From positions 1,550,001 through 1,614,000 of the forward strand of contig JANHCV010000005.1 in the NCBI GenBank assembly GCA_025594325.1: a stretch of DNA of 64,000 nucleotides, given 5' to 3'. The stretch is from Blastocladiella emersonii ATCC 22665. Its lineage: Eukaryota > Fungi > Blastocladiomycota. Each line of letters begins with the position of its first letter. Positions within the stretch are counted from its first letter, which is position 1. The notes under the pieces were generated by a model. That model had not been told where the DNA came from. It ran no database searches and saw only the letters and a program-made list of their open reading frames with translations. This document shows positions 45,801 through 57,293 of the stretch, in pieces. A program made the translations under genes and the position numbers.

Positions 45801-45935
45801 ATCTGTCTCTTCTTTTCCTTTGGGTCTCCAACACTCTCCGCCCCACCCTTGGATTCTCGCTTCCCGCCCGAATTCTACGCGCGCCTGCAACCCAACCTCA
45901 TCGACTTGCGGATCCTCCCCTTCACCCCGATCTAG
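42849..45935 (+). CDS. DUF4470-domain protein (1028 aa)
   Basis: LLVVGCGDLRDL, FLLNDIRPEVLARNLLIL, FDVVDTNNLQDSVGLLNVLV motifs typical of DUF4470 proteins; single long ORF. Confidence 0.72.
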   Translation: MAAKKKKTKANGTSGNSRTLGSPVLTCRPRICDEQSDVFRPCNTAHPRDLLMYHYVVGGESFRKYTPDDYGHASLLVVGCGDLRDLARTVQDDQVKFGAADLRFLLNDIRPEVLARNLLILHAVSTSAMVDESLARHVAQLWFSLFLEPETRAFWEANMRACLDVDWAESSAASLSTFDDETLRAVRHCWRSWLNVGWSVETLLEHRTRYIESHWDPAIRDATAKHLAQGYVERNLARFGKHLARARASRIACTAERPATDRTFAVNPASVSAAVVNPTFLLARANGTVYYAVPDLALPFESLDINVTTESPDLRLLDDVWDWTTALHAAFGRDARPRHKLSVAVGHAVCFMEQLAADPEQRFDVVDTNNLQDSVGLLNVLVHSTALLKPSHRFGPGGPVIFTYSTRAAQIASGQKAYLDAATGLPTELFQTLFGVGLLEQPADGDWINLVSHFYDHDETVHQRVQYLSFSQLASPTVPISIANSPFLREALIRCAAHFDASPPGMSSSLTASNRGGLTDTRVTAVAAPYGNCAIIPKLIAVALAAGRLTWSGAKQAASPSTSLPPEFWTKLFDSMPCSQVEMSNAVSLFGLEEKSDGKQHVCFEFNLPLDDNATARTPPPPSYLTAIVTARDQSYQFSSLVFELSPSDSRVALVKLFMSQHLARRFAAGANVSFHRQFVVVPGVHAQPSELLGGLPVPLSSAVVTRVPCNTFHALARGVLASRKPPKGAPKTPVLLPVTHAADFPDRIELTLAIPKREINAAIKRASANGERAAFGAAGISVGSTSVVEVLYFLPSRVIMSDVVVSRAQRSVLVVLKRALGRGYFESGIFCMPPRVGRIKKCRVTDLPMQLALNQTVSTEIGDAFAGTEEHALAKLTLELFKALFTSAADPVTRLIEIKSSRDEDVLAVIIPNNLALAPPAGPGLAPIPVIECSLAHAPKFYLGSYNKPTPDPPILLSTARDHFPAAAVRSLTFESSDDHFHQICLFFSFGSPTLSAPPLDSRFPPEFYARLQPNLIDLRILPFTPI

Positions 45936-46420
45936 CGCTCTTGGGTCCCGTGGTGCTGTTTCCGGTGTTCGGGCGTTTTGCTATGAAGTTAATACATGTT
46001 CGCTGTTTACGTAAGTTAAGCGTGTGCAAGGACCGTCGTGCTCGTGCTTTTCGCAGTCGCGGTGGAAGACGGATGGGGCGTTCAGCATCAGCCGGCCAGC
46101 ATCGTGGACGCGCGCGTCTCTCTTCGCGTGATTCTCGGGCTCGCGTTCGCGGCGCTCCACGAGGCTCAAGAACGCGTCAGCGGCTCCCGCATCACCGTCG
46201 TTCGCGTACCCGCTGAGAAGTGTTAAATCTTGGGCCTTTATGAGTTGAGTTGAGCTGGTTTGGCGGCCGGCGCGGTCGTGTCGAAATCGACGCATCGGCC
46301 GCTGCGAGACGAGTTGATGTGTTTGACAGGTCGCCACGCGACTTGCGAGCGGGTGCAAACTCGGCTGCACTTGGCCGGTGCGCCCGCGTTTCCGACCGCA
46401 GCTCCCCACCTCACAGAACC

Positions 46421-49400
46421 ATGGGAGCAAAGAAGAAGACGAAAGCTAATGTAACTACCGGCAAAGGCCGCGGACCTGCGCCGCCGCCGCCTGTCGACGA
46501 CGTGGGGCCGCCCTCAGGAGAGCAGCTCCCGCCGCCGCCCCTGACCTGTCGTTCGCGCACCTGTCACGAGCAGTCCGAGGAATACGCTCCCTATAGCCCG
46601 GCGCACGCGCGAGACCTTCTCATGTACGACGTCCCGTCGACGACTGAGCCGACACAGGTGCTCGCCCTAGCGTGCTGCGACCTCCGCGACGTTGCGCGGA
46701 CGGTCGCCGATGCGCGCACCAAGGATGACACGCGCGCGATTCACTTCTTGATCAACGACATTCGCCCCGAGGCGCTCGCTCGGAATTTGCTCATCTTACA
46801 CGCGGTCACCGAGCACGAGTCGGACGACGGCGAGCCGCTTTCTCGGCACGTTGCTCAGCTCTGGTACTCGCTCCTCCTCGAGCCCGAAACTCGCACTTTC
46901 TGGAACGGTCAGCTGCGCGCCTGCCTCGATCGCGACTGGACCGCCTCGTCCGCGGCTTCACTCTCGTTCTTCAACACGGACACTCTGCTTGCTGTGCGCA
47001 ACTGCTGGCAGTCATGGCTCAACGTCGACTGGTCTCTCGACACCCTGTTCGAGCAACGGGCACGGTACGTGCAGTTGCAGTCCCACTGGAGCTCAGTCGT
47101 CCGCGAAACGAACAGCACGACACTTGGCAAGTTCTACACCGAGCGCATGCGAGCTCGATTTGGCGAACATCTGACGCGGTCGCGCGATAGCCGCATCGCG
47201 TGCCTCGTCGAGCGCTTCGCCGCCGACCAGACGTTTGCCATCGACCCCGCCTGCACCGCTGCGCTTCTTGTCAATCCGACCTTTCTTCTCACGCGCGCCG
47301 ACGGAACCGTGTATTATGCCTTTCAGACTACTGCGCTGCCCTTCGAGTCGCTTGATGTTTACGTGGCTTCCGAGTCGCCGGAAGCGCGCTTGTTCGAGGA
47401 GGTCCGGGATCGGGTTGCAGCTCTTCGTGCAGCGTTTGGCCGCGACGCACAGCCCCAGCACCAAGTTTCTGCTGCTGTCGGCCACGCTATCCGATTCATG
47501 GAATTACTCGCCGCCGACCCCAAGATGCGATTCGACGTCATTGACACGGTCCGTCTTCAGGACTCGGTCGGACTGCTCAACGTGCTCGTCCACGCCTCGC
47601 CACTTCTCAAGCCGGCGCCTTGCACGCCGCAACGCCCGCATATCCTGTCAATGTCGGCCCTTCCTGGGACCGTTGGTCTCTCACGCGCTTTATATTTGGC
47701 TTCCTCGACGGGGCTCCCAATTGAATTTTTTTGCAACGCTTTTTGGGATTGGCTTGCTCGAGCTCCCCGAAGACGGGCACTGGCTTAACCTCGTCACAAA
47801 CCACGTCCAGTACAGCGATGCGGTGCACCAACGCGTTGAATACTTTTGATTTTACAAGCTTCCCGCGCCGACTGTTCCGATCTCGATTCGGCGGTCCCCG
47901 TTCCTCATTAATGCGCTCCTCACCTGCGCCACGACACTCGACTCACCCTCAACGCTCCGTGCGGTTATTTCATGTCAACTATGTGCCATGCACGGTCACT
48001 GACGCTGAGAGCGCATTGTAGTTGGTACGTACAGCACCGGCGCCGTCCTGCCAAAGCTGGTTTCGTTCGCGCTCGCCGCCGGCCGCATCGTGGACTCGGG
48101 CGCTGTTCCGACTTGGTCGCCGTCCAAGTGCTTCACCATTACGCTTTGGCCGATACTTCTGGAAGCGATGCCTCGCACTCGCCTCGAGACCGAAGTTACC
48201 TTGGCCCTCTACGGCGTGGGCCACAGCGGCAAAACCCATCAAGGCAGCTGTTTCGAATTAACGCTCCCGCTTGGCAACAGTGCTTTTCTCCACCCTTCGT
48301 ACTTGAGCGTCGAGATCGCGATTGATGGCAAAACGCTCCAGCTCAACTCCATCAATGTCGAGACGCTTCCACTTGAACCTCGAAGCGTGCGCATCAAGTT
48401 TTACCTCACTGACGATGTTGCCAAGTTGGCTCAAAACGCCTCGCTTGGCGTTTATCGCGATTTCATCTCCACCCTTGGTGACCGTGGTCCGACTCGCGAG
48501 CTGCTTGGCGGGCAGCTCGTTCCGTTTTCCTTGAAGAAGGGAAGCGAGAGTGGACTAAAACGCATGTGCCATGACACAGCGATTACTCCAACTCTCCCCC
48601 TCACTCGAGCACTTTCCTCGCTGACGGCAACTCCAGTTCCAACGAACGCGTTCCTTGGTCCCGCTCGCGGTATCTTTGCGGCTCGCGACCCGTACGACGC
48701 GGTGCTGGACAAGCTGACTCTTCCGGTCGCTCACGCCGCTGATCACATGGATCGCGTCGAACTTACGCTTACCATTCCGCCACGTGCACGCTTCTCCACG
48801 ATTGAGCAGCCCGTCGGGCCAGAGGTACCGCCTAGCCGCGGTGCAGTCGCGCTCATGATTTGCAACCGTGGCCGCAGCGAGTCCCAGGTGATGTGGTTGC
48901 CGTCGCCCGTGACCATTGCAAGTATCAACGTCTCGCGCGCCACACGCACGGTCCAAATCGTTCTCAAGCGCATTCTCGGGGCTGCACGCAGGCAGGCGGG
49001 GCTCGTGCGCCCGCTGCCCAGGTTTGGGCGTGGGAGAACTTTCCTCCCGAGCGAGCTTCCCATCCAACTTGCGCTCAAACGCATCGCGGGACTTGGGATC
49101 GGCGACATGTTTCAAAACCTTGTATCTCGGCGACCTGTTCATTTCGCGATCGAGACGATCAAGACCATCTTTGATCTGGCCGCGGACCCGACCACGCGTC
49201 TCATCGAGGTTTCTATGCAGGAATCCGGGCTTGTCATTGGACTTGTGATTCCGCGGCAGCTCATTCTTCTCCCACCCGCGGGTCCAGGGATCGAGCCGAT
49301 TCCGGCGCTCAAGTGCGCCATCGCCTTTGCCCCTCACGCCCAACCGCTGTTTCCAGCGGCCCTCGCACAGCTTTCCGCTTCCGCCGTTGGCTCCGTCAAG

Positions 49401-49622
49401 TTCCAGACGAGGGACAACGCGATCATATTCGCGGAACTTTGCGTCACCATTCTCACAGGGACGGGAAGCCGGCCCGCCCCGACCACCGATCCGCACTTCC
49501 CGGCCGAAGTTTATGCGCTGCTGCAGCCCCATCTCCCAAGACGATGCTCCTGCCATTTGCCCCGGTCCGACACACCTGATCCATCCAATATTTGCCTCCT
49601 TGATTGTACCCGACCCCTCTAG
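46421..49622 (+). pseudogene. DUF4470-domain paralog, disrupted
   Basis: Colinear with 42849..45935; +1 frameshift in the T7 run (~47726-47732), in-frame TGA at 47847-47849, probable intron ending at ~48020. Confidence 0.72.
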
Positions 49623-49997
49623 CTTGTTGATGAACAAATGCGATTTGTTAACTTATCATCGTACCCCTGCGACTGCGTCCGCGTGCGCTTTGGAGCGATT
49701 TGGGGTCGCGGTGATCATAACATGTGATCACCCAGACGAGGCCATGTTCGAGAGAACTGCGCGTGCCGCACACGTTTTGAGAGCGCTATACACTGATGAT
49801 AACTTTGGCTCGAAAAAAAAAAAACTTTATGGAGGTTGACGATGCTTGTTGCTACGTAACGCACTTCGAGGGCTTCGCAACGCGACGCGACGCGACGCTT
49901 GGATTGTTCATGAGGTGCATGGGGACAGAACGAAGCGGGGCGAGGTTTGGCAACGACAACAACAAATCAAATTAGAGGGCAGGGTGCACGCGCACGA

Positions 49998-51850
49998 TTA
50001 CACGTCGAGATCAAACAGCTTAAACGCTTCGGGGGCGATTCGCTCAAACTCGCGGACAAGCCAACGGGCGTCCAAGTTCCGTTGGCAGCCATTTGCGACC
50101 AAGACACGGATGAAGAGAGCCAACACCTCGGGAACTGGGAATCGGTCGAGCGCGCCGTCGGGAATAAAGAACACGATGCCCACTGGAACGCGTCTCACAC
50201 CACGGTTCGGGTCGAGATCGTTTCGCGGTGTAGCAAAGGCTTGCGGTGGATCGCTCTCAAACAAGAGACAGAGGCCAAGCCGGGTGGAGGCCTTGTGATC
50301 GCAGGAGCAAGCGGGCTGATGTCGCGACACGAGGCTATCAGAAACACCGAACTCACCCAGCTTCATTCAAACGTCGTCAACGGAGGAGACGAGAGGCGCC
50401 AGGTGACCAGGGGAAGTAACGCCTCCACGAGATCGCGCCAAGCCGGTTGCGCTGTAATGGGACAGCGGGGGCAAAGGTTTACATCCGCGTCGCACAAATA
50501 CTTGAGCCAAGTGTAAGCACCGGTAGGTCCGCCATCGAGGGGCTCAAGCAAGGCGTAGACCGCAACGCGAAGGAACATGTATGCGGCACCAGTCGCGTCA
50601 ATGGCATTTAAAAGCCGATCCCTGGTATCCTCCTTCGCGTATGCATGAGCAAAAAGCCTCGTCAGATCAAGCGAAGACGACCAGATATGTTTTTCGTCAT
50701 GGGGCGACGAGTCAAACAGCGCGAGAGGTATCACGAGCCTGCCCTGCTTGTGTCACATAGGAATCGAGATAGCGGCTCCTGGGTGTCCTCGGAGTCAGCT
50801 TCACGGCAGTACTCGCTAATGAAATCGACCAGGTGAAGCGGGCGTTTAAAGCAATACATACTCGGGGAAGCGGGAGAGGATCGCAATGAACGCCGTGTGG
50901 TAGCACAGGGTTGCAGCAGAGTGTACGTAAAGCTGCTGCACAAGCGCTGGCATGGTCGCAACGCGCTCGAGTGTCCAGGCAAAGAAGTCGGCATGGTGAG
51001 GTAAAAGGGTTCTGTTAACGACATGGTCCCGTGCAGCGTAAAGCGCGTAGTCCACCGATGAGACCGTATTGAGCAAGTCGGCGATACTTGATGAGTCTGC
51101 ACCGAATTGCGAAGACTCGGTGATCATCGTAAAACACGGATATTCGTAAAACAGGACGGCCAGGAACGCCATGGCATCGATAAACCGGACCGGAAGCGAG
51201 GGTAAGCTGCCCTCGACGTGTCCCATGGCCAGATCGACGTGATCAAGCGGCAGGGAAACCCACTGCGTGAGTTGCAGCGGTACGTCGAGTACTTGTGGCA
51301 GCTCGGTCGCAATGAAGTCAAGGACTTGTCCAAGGGGCTCGAGCCACGCGTAATAAACGGGAGCAAAGGCGAGTCGGACGAGAGTAGAAAGCGGAGCCGT
51401 CAGAACAGAGTCATGCCGGTCGGAAAAACATGCCAGCAGCTGCTGAGAAAGGAAGTCCGGCTTGACCTGGCTGGGCCGGATCCGGCGGACAAGAAGCTTG
51501 GCCAGGTTCACAAGTACCGCAAACGGCACAAACGCCGGCTCGTAAAGCCCTCCATTATTGCGCACATTTGCTTTCACCTCGGGCGGGTTAAGGTCCAGGT
51601 TCAGTAGGCGAGTCAGGGCGTCCGAACCGCGGGAATCGCAGCAAAGGGCGACAGCGCCAAGGCGACCCGCGACGGATACGGTCCACGAGAAGAAAACTGG
51701 TTCGTCGAGAGAATGGTCGCGTGGAGAGAAGCGGATGCAGCTGCGACCACGGAGCGGGGCTCAGCCATGCAGACAACGGCCCGCACCAGCTCGTCCGCGT
51801 CCGACCGGCGCCGCTGTGACGAAAGCGACCTGGCTCACGAACACGTGCGG
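49998..51850 (-). pseudogene. F-box-like family copy C, multiply frameshifted
   Basis: Pieces in different frames match paralog B: LVRAVVCMAEPRSVVAAASASL, VLDVPLQLTQWVS, PVRFIDAM, CPRCPITAQ, REFERIAPEAF*; start approximate. Confidence 0.65.
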
Positions 51851-52159
51851 ACCCATGATATCCAAACGCGTCCCACTCCCTGTGTTCGCGAACCCCGGTT
51901 TCCGTTTGTTTGAGCTCCTCAAGTACACGATTCTTCAATGACCAGGCGCTATCGGTAAGCAGTTCCGCTAGGAGCCCGCAACCAAGCAGTTGGCAGGTCT
52001 GCGCGGGGGCCCAAATCACAACGCTGGGTCAAGGCAGGAGGAACATGTATAGTTAAACTAGAATTTTTAGAGCGCGCTCGGGCCCAGATCGACGCGTTGC
52101 TCTGATAGCCGTCTCAACGCTTCAACAAACGGAAGGGTGATCGGGGCGGACAAGCATCG

Positions 52160-54417
52160 TTACTGCTTGATATTGGCCATCGTGAACGCTTCGGGAGCGA
52201 CACGCGCAAAGACCTCGGCAAATCGAGGCAGCTTGGCCACCGCACCACTCAAGTGCAGACAGCGAAGGAAGAAAGCCAAGACTTCAGCCGCGGGAACCGA
52301 GTCCAGAGCGGCATCGGGAAGAAAGTCAATCATGCCCATGGCGATAGCACTGCTGGAAACGTCGTCACGCAGCCCGCGCAACGCACGCTGCGGATCATCG
52401 GCGAACAAGACTTGGACGATGCGCTGAAGAGTGGCGGTTGCACAGCAGGAGCACGAATGCTCCGAAGAAATCCCAAACAAGCACTCGACCGCAAGGGTGT
52501 CCCAGTACAGCTTGCTCCACGGCTTGTCGACAGAGTACACAAGCGAGGAGACGTGGGACGGCCCGCTCAAGGCCAAGAGAGTTTCGGCAACCTCGCGCCA
52601 AATTCGCTGCGCGGTGATGGGGCACCTTTTGCAGAGTGCCTGGTCAGTGCCAACAAAGTTGATGCACCATGCGGGCGCGTGAGAGGCGCTGCTGGGCTGG
52701 AAAAGCGCGCGAATCACGATGCGAAGAAATACGTGCGCGGCTCCAGTCTCCTCGATTGATGCCATGAGAGTTTCCTTGGCATCCGGAACCGAAAAAGCGG
52801 ACGCGAGGAGCCAGGTGACGTCGACTGACGCCGACCAGACCAAAGCCTCGTCCTGACACTGCGAGTCAAGGTAGTGCAGGAACTCGGTCGGAATAGCCAA
52901 TTTACCACCGTCGTCCAAGAGTACGTGGAACAGCTCGCCCTCGCGCTCGCGAGGAGCAGGGTCGCGACGGTAAGTGTCAATAAAGTCGGACAGAGTAAGC
53001 TTACAGTCGTCGCCGCCATGAAAACTTGGGACAAGAGCAAAGCGGAAGACATCCCGGCGAATGCCCTCAATGTGACGGATCGAACCGCCTTGTCCGTTCC
53101 GCCACGCTACAATTGGTGGGCTGGGTCAGTCAGGTTCACCCGCGTACGAGGTGCATCCTGATCCGTACCCCTAAGAATCAATTCCTTCCAGGCATCAAGG
53201 GAGTGGCGCGCGCGAAGTCGTTTGACGTAGTCGAATTGTTTGCGAGTAATCGCTGCGCCAAGAATATGGGCCCAGCGTGTCGAAGCAACGAGACCGTGTG
53301 TGTCAAGTAGCTCGAGATCTTCGACAGCAAGGTGGCCGTCCTGCCAGTCCGTGATAAAGTTTCCGAGCTCATCCGGAGTGCTCAGCTTGGGGTCGGGGTC
53401 GATCCCGAGCAGCCAACTGTCAACGGGGAAGTCGCCGATGGTATCGTCAAAGACCAGAGTCGACAGTACCTGATCCGGATAAGCATCAAGCATCGGGATG
53501 AACGCAGCGGGACCCAAGTTAACAGACGAGTGGACGTATACCTTCCAAACGGCATGAGAAATTGGCACTGGCGAACTGTGTTCAATGACCCAGTCAAAGT
53601 GCCGCTTGAAGTGAACGGTAAGCTCGTCATCAAGGATCAGCTCTCGCGCGGCGTGCAGCGCGAATTCCGCTGACGTGGCCGTGCGAAACAGTCCAGCAAT
53701 GTCCGATTTGTCGGCACGGAAGCGAGGATCGTCGACAATCTCCTTGAAAAAGGTCAGCGTGAAGAACGTGGCGGCAGCGTAACAGAGAGCATCGATGAAT
53801 CGGACGGGATGCTGCGGGAGGTCTCGCTCTTCGGGGGCGTAATTCGAGTTGAGGAGGACTGAGAGCCACTCCTCGAGCTTCAAAGTGACGTCGAGTAGAA
53901 CCGGTGCTTCGGTCGCAATGAAGACGATGATTTGGTGAGCAGGGTCAAGCCACTTTTTGAAAAGGAGTGCAACGACAAGGCGAACAAGTGTCGCATGAGG
54001 GCTCGCCAAGATATCGTCCGAGCGATCGGAGAGTGTCGTTCGTAAACGTTGTTGAAGCGCGTCCATACTGAGGCGATTGGTCAAGCTCCGGCGACAGAGG
54101 AGTTTGGCGAGGCTCAAAAAGATGGAGTGCGGGGCTCGGGGCCTCACGGACAAAAGGCGGTCAAGGGCATTATCCAACGGGAGACCATCAGGGCTCAAAG
54201 CGAGAAGACGGTTGACAGTGGACTTGGTCCAAAAGGTGTAAACAGGCTCCTCGTGTGCGAGATTATTGAACGACGCCGAGGCGGCCGCGACAATGGTGCG
54301 CGGCGCCGCGAGACGGAACACAGCGGCGGCGAGTTCGGTAGGGAGCCGAGCTGGTGCGCGGCCGTGTGGCTCTTCATAAGCTTCATGAGCACGTTGCATG
54401 TAGTGATTATGATCCAT
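52160..54417 (-). CDS. Uncharacterised F-box-like family protein B, 2 exons
   Basis: MDHNHY..LPTELAAAVFRLAAPR; intron 53107..53168 at the same position and phase as in copy A. Confidence 0.7.
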
Positions 54418-54802
54418 GGTAGTGGGTTCAGTCGTGTGCGGGGGGAGGACCGGCGGGAGCGAGCGCGCCCAAGCCGATGGCGCCCGAGGCGGCGACTGAG
54501 TGGCGACCAAGGCACACGTGCTGGCCCCCTGATATCGCAACGCGTCTCGCATCCCTTCGAGGAGGCCTGTGATGCATACGCTCAACATTCCCGGCCGGGG
54601 CCGGCTTAAAGTACGGGGATTGCGTGTCATGAACAGTGTATCTCCCTCCGCCCTCGCGTGCGGAACACCTGAAAACCCGATGGGATCAAACTCTCAATCA
54701 TGGATGGGCTCAGGGCAGCTCCCTTGCTCAGGGTCAGCATGGGCTGATTATGAATTCTTCACCGTGTATTTTTTACAAGCCCATCCGAACCGTCTCAGTG
54801 TG

Positions 54803-57070
54803 TTACTCAACCAGACTTGAGATTCGGCCAAGGAAGCGGCACGCGGCCTTGGTCTCGACCACAACGTCCTCGAGTCCGCGGAACTCGGACATGAGCCGCT
54901 TCGCGTACTTGGAGAGGACCGCTCCGCGTTCATGCGCCATGTGGATACGGCCAATCCCGGACCCGCTGTCAGCGCGAGCGCGGCGGCTGAGGATCGCGGG
55001 TGGCGGGCTCGAGCCGTCGCTGTCAGCGAGTTCAGGCACATCATCGTCGGACGACGAAGCAGAAGTGAGGTCGATGGCCGAGTCGTTCGCGCTGTGGTAC
55101 ATCGGGTGCACCTGCTCCACTGGTTCGGGCGCGACTACGTCGTCGCTGATCTCCTCGACAGCCAGCGTCAGCGCGCGAAGCCGGGTGCACGCGCCAAGGA
55201 GCCGTTGCAACGCGACGTCCACCATGGCATCCAGGAACACGACGCCGGTACCGCAGACCTCGAGCACGCGAAGCGACCGCGCCCACTGCCTGGCGAGCGC
55301 GTGAAACGCGGCGCCGTCGACCGCGAGCCCGACCACCTCGAAAGTTCGGAGCAGCGGCGCGCTCGCGCCGATCACCTGGATCGTTTCGACCTCCAACGGC
55401 GCAGGGACGTGGTTGAGCGCGGACACGTGAAGTCGCTGCAGCGACGTCGGGTTGCGACACACGGCGCGGACGAGGCGCTGCGCCGTCTCGCCGCTTTGCG
55501 CGCCGATCAGCTTGACGTCGAGCTCGCGCAGTACGGGCAGCGAGAGTGTGGGAGCGGCAGCCTCAAACTCGGCGGCGAGGCCCGCCGACGGGTAGCTGAG
55601 CTGCAGGCGAGTAAGCGAGTTGCTGAGCGGCGCGATGGCGCGCGAGACGACCCAGCCTTGGACTGGCGGGAGCCACAGGTGCAGGCTCGTCGTGGTCAGT
55701 GGGAGCACCGGAACCGTCGTGCTGGGGTTGGCTATCGTGGCCGACACAGCGCTGCCGCCGCGAGGAGGCGACTGGTACCGCAGCTCGAGGTCGCGCAGGT
55801 GCGGCAGCTGAGCGAGCGCAGCGACCTGGTCGACGGCGTGCTCGTAGTCCGTGTACAGCGACAGCGCGCGCAGGTTCGGGAACAGCTGCGCGACCAGGTC
55901 CGTCGAGCACGCGTGGCGCGGGTCCGGGTGCAGCAGCGTGAGCTTCTCGAGTGTCCTGTTCGCGGCTGGGTGCGCGTCGAGCGTCCACGGCTGGCCGGGC
56001 GTCTCGAGGTACTCGCATTGTGCCAGCTCGAGCGACGTGAGCTGCGGCAGCCACTTGGCGAGCATCGGAAGCAGCCAGTTGTGCACCGACGGCGAGTCGC
56101 CGCCCGCGACGTGCGGCGATCGAGGCACGTAGCACTCGACCGTGTTGAGCCGGAGCTTCGTGAGCGATCCGCCAAACAGCGCGAGCGCGGCGAGGTGGTC
56201 GGGCGCGAACCGGGCCTGCGCGATATCCAGCGACGCAAGCTTTGGGCATCCCGCCGCGAGCAGATGGAACGTGTCGCGCGGCAGGTGCAGGTCGACCATG
56301 AGCGCAAACTCGCGCAGGTGCGGCAGGTGGCCGCGGCCAATGTACCCGAGCAGGTTGATGAGCGCCCACGCCGGGATCAGCTCGATGCAGAGCGACTCGA
56401 GCGACGAGACGGGTTGCGCGGGCGTGATGCGAGGGCCGAGCGGCGGTAACACAGGGTCCTCGCCCTCGGCCGCCTGCGCCAGCTCTGCCTCCGCAACAAC
56501 AGGCCGGGCCGTGCGGCGCCAGAAAATCGGCCGCACCATGTGCAGCAACCGCAGCTTCGGCAGCCCCTCGATGAGCGTGGCCAAGTTGCGCGCGCTGTGC
56601 ACCAGTACGTTTCCCGACGGTGCCTCGACGCCATTACCCGACCCGTCGAGCAGCGCATCGAACGTGAACACGGTGCTCGCCTTGAGCGAGACGAGGTTCG
56701 GGCACTGCAGCGCGCCGGGCAGGGCGAGCTCCGAGTCAGACTCGAGCCGCTCGAGCTTTGCGTGCCCGCGGAACTGCGCCGCGGCAGACTGCAAGGCATC
56801 GACGCGGTCGCTCTTGTTGCGCGGGGCGCCGTTCGCAAACGTCCCGCCCGGCGCGAGGCGGAGGGCGAGCGAGCGCAGGTTCGGGTACTGCTCGAGGATG
56901 TCGGGCAGTGGCGTTTGGGATTGGCGGCAGTGCAGGACGAGCGAGCGGACCGACTGCGAAGCGGCGAGCCAGCGGCGCGACACGGCGCGCGCCTGGCCGA
57001 GGTCCCGCGGCGAGTGGGCGAGGTGCGCCACGATGGCCTCGAGCAGCTCGAGCGCGAGGTCGGATTCCAT
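54803..57070 (-). CDS. F-box/LRR (RNI-like) protein
   Basis: N-terminal LALELLEAIVAHL..ARAVSRRW F-box; repeated LxxLxL units (PNLRSLAL, PKLRLLHM, PHLREFAL, PQLTSLEL). Confidence 0.82.
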   Translation of the reverse strand: MESDLALELLEAIVAHLAHSPRDLGQARAVSRRWLAASQSVRSLVLHCRQSQTPLPDILEQYPNLRSLALRLAPGGTFANGAPRNKSDRVDALQSAAAQFRGHAKLERLESDSELALPGALQCPNLVSLKASTVFTFDALLDGSGNGVEAPSGNVLVHSARNLATLIEGLPKLRLLHMVRPIFWRRTARPVVAEAELAQAAEGEDPVLPPLGPRITPAQPVSSLESLCIELIPAWALINLLGYIGRGHLPHLREFALMVDLHLPRDTFHLLAAGCPKLASLDIAQARFAPDHLAALALFGGSLTKLRLNTVECYVPRSPHVAGGDSPSVHNWLLPMLAKWLPQLTSLELAQCEYLETPGQPWTLDAHPAANRTLEKLTLLHPDPRHACSTDLVAQLFPNLRALSLYTDYEHAVDQVAALAQLPHLRDLELRYQSPPRGGSAVSATIANPSTTVPVLPLTTTSLHLWLPPVQGWVVSRAIAPLSNSLTRLQLSYPSAGLAAEFEAAAPTLSLPVLRELDVKLIGAQSGETAQRLVRAVCRNPTSLQRLHVSALNHVPAPLEVETIQVIGASAPLLRTFEVVGLAVDGAAFHALARQWARSLRVLEVCGTGVVFLDAMVDVALQRLLGACTRLRALTLAVEEISDDVVAPEPVEQVHPMYHSANDSAIDLTSASSSDDDVPELADSDGSSPPPAILSRRARADSGSGIGRIHMAHERGAVLSKYAKRLMSEFRGLEDVVVETKAACRFLGRISSLVE

Positions 57071-57293
57071 TCGCTACGTTCGTTCAGGGCCGAAGTGGTA
57101 TGCTCGGGAGAGAGTTCACGAGCTGCCTCGGTTATGGGCTCCGTGATGGCTGTGGCGCACGTTCAAGGTGGCGCAGCTCAGCCACACCTGAGCAAAGCCA
57201 CTGCGTCCCTGCCCGCTTCGCCGGACGTTTGAGCAAGCATCAACAGAGGGGTTTATTGTATGACGGATAAAGGGAAACTCGGGCCAGCTGTGC

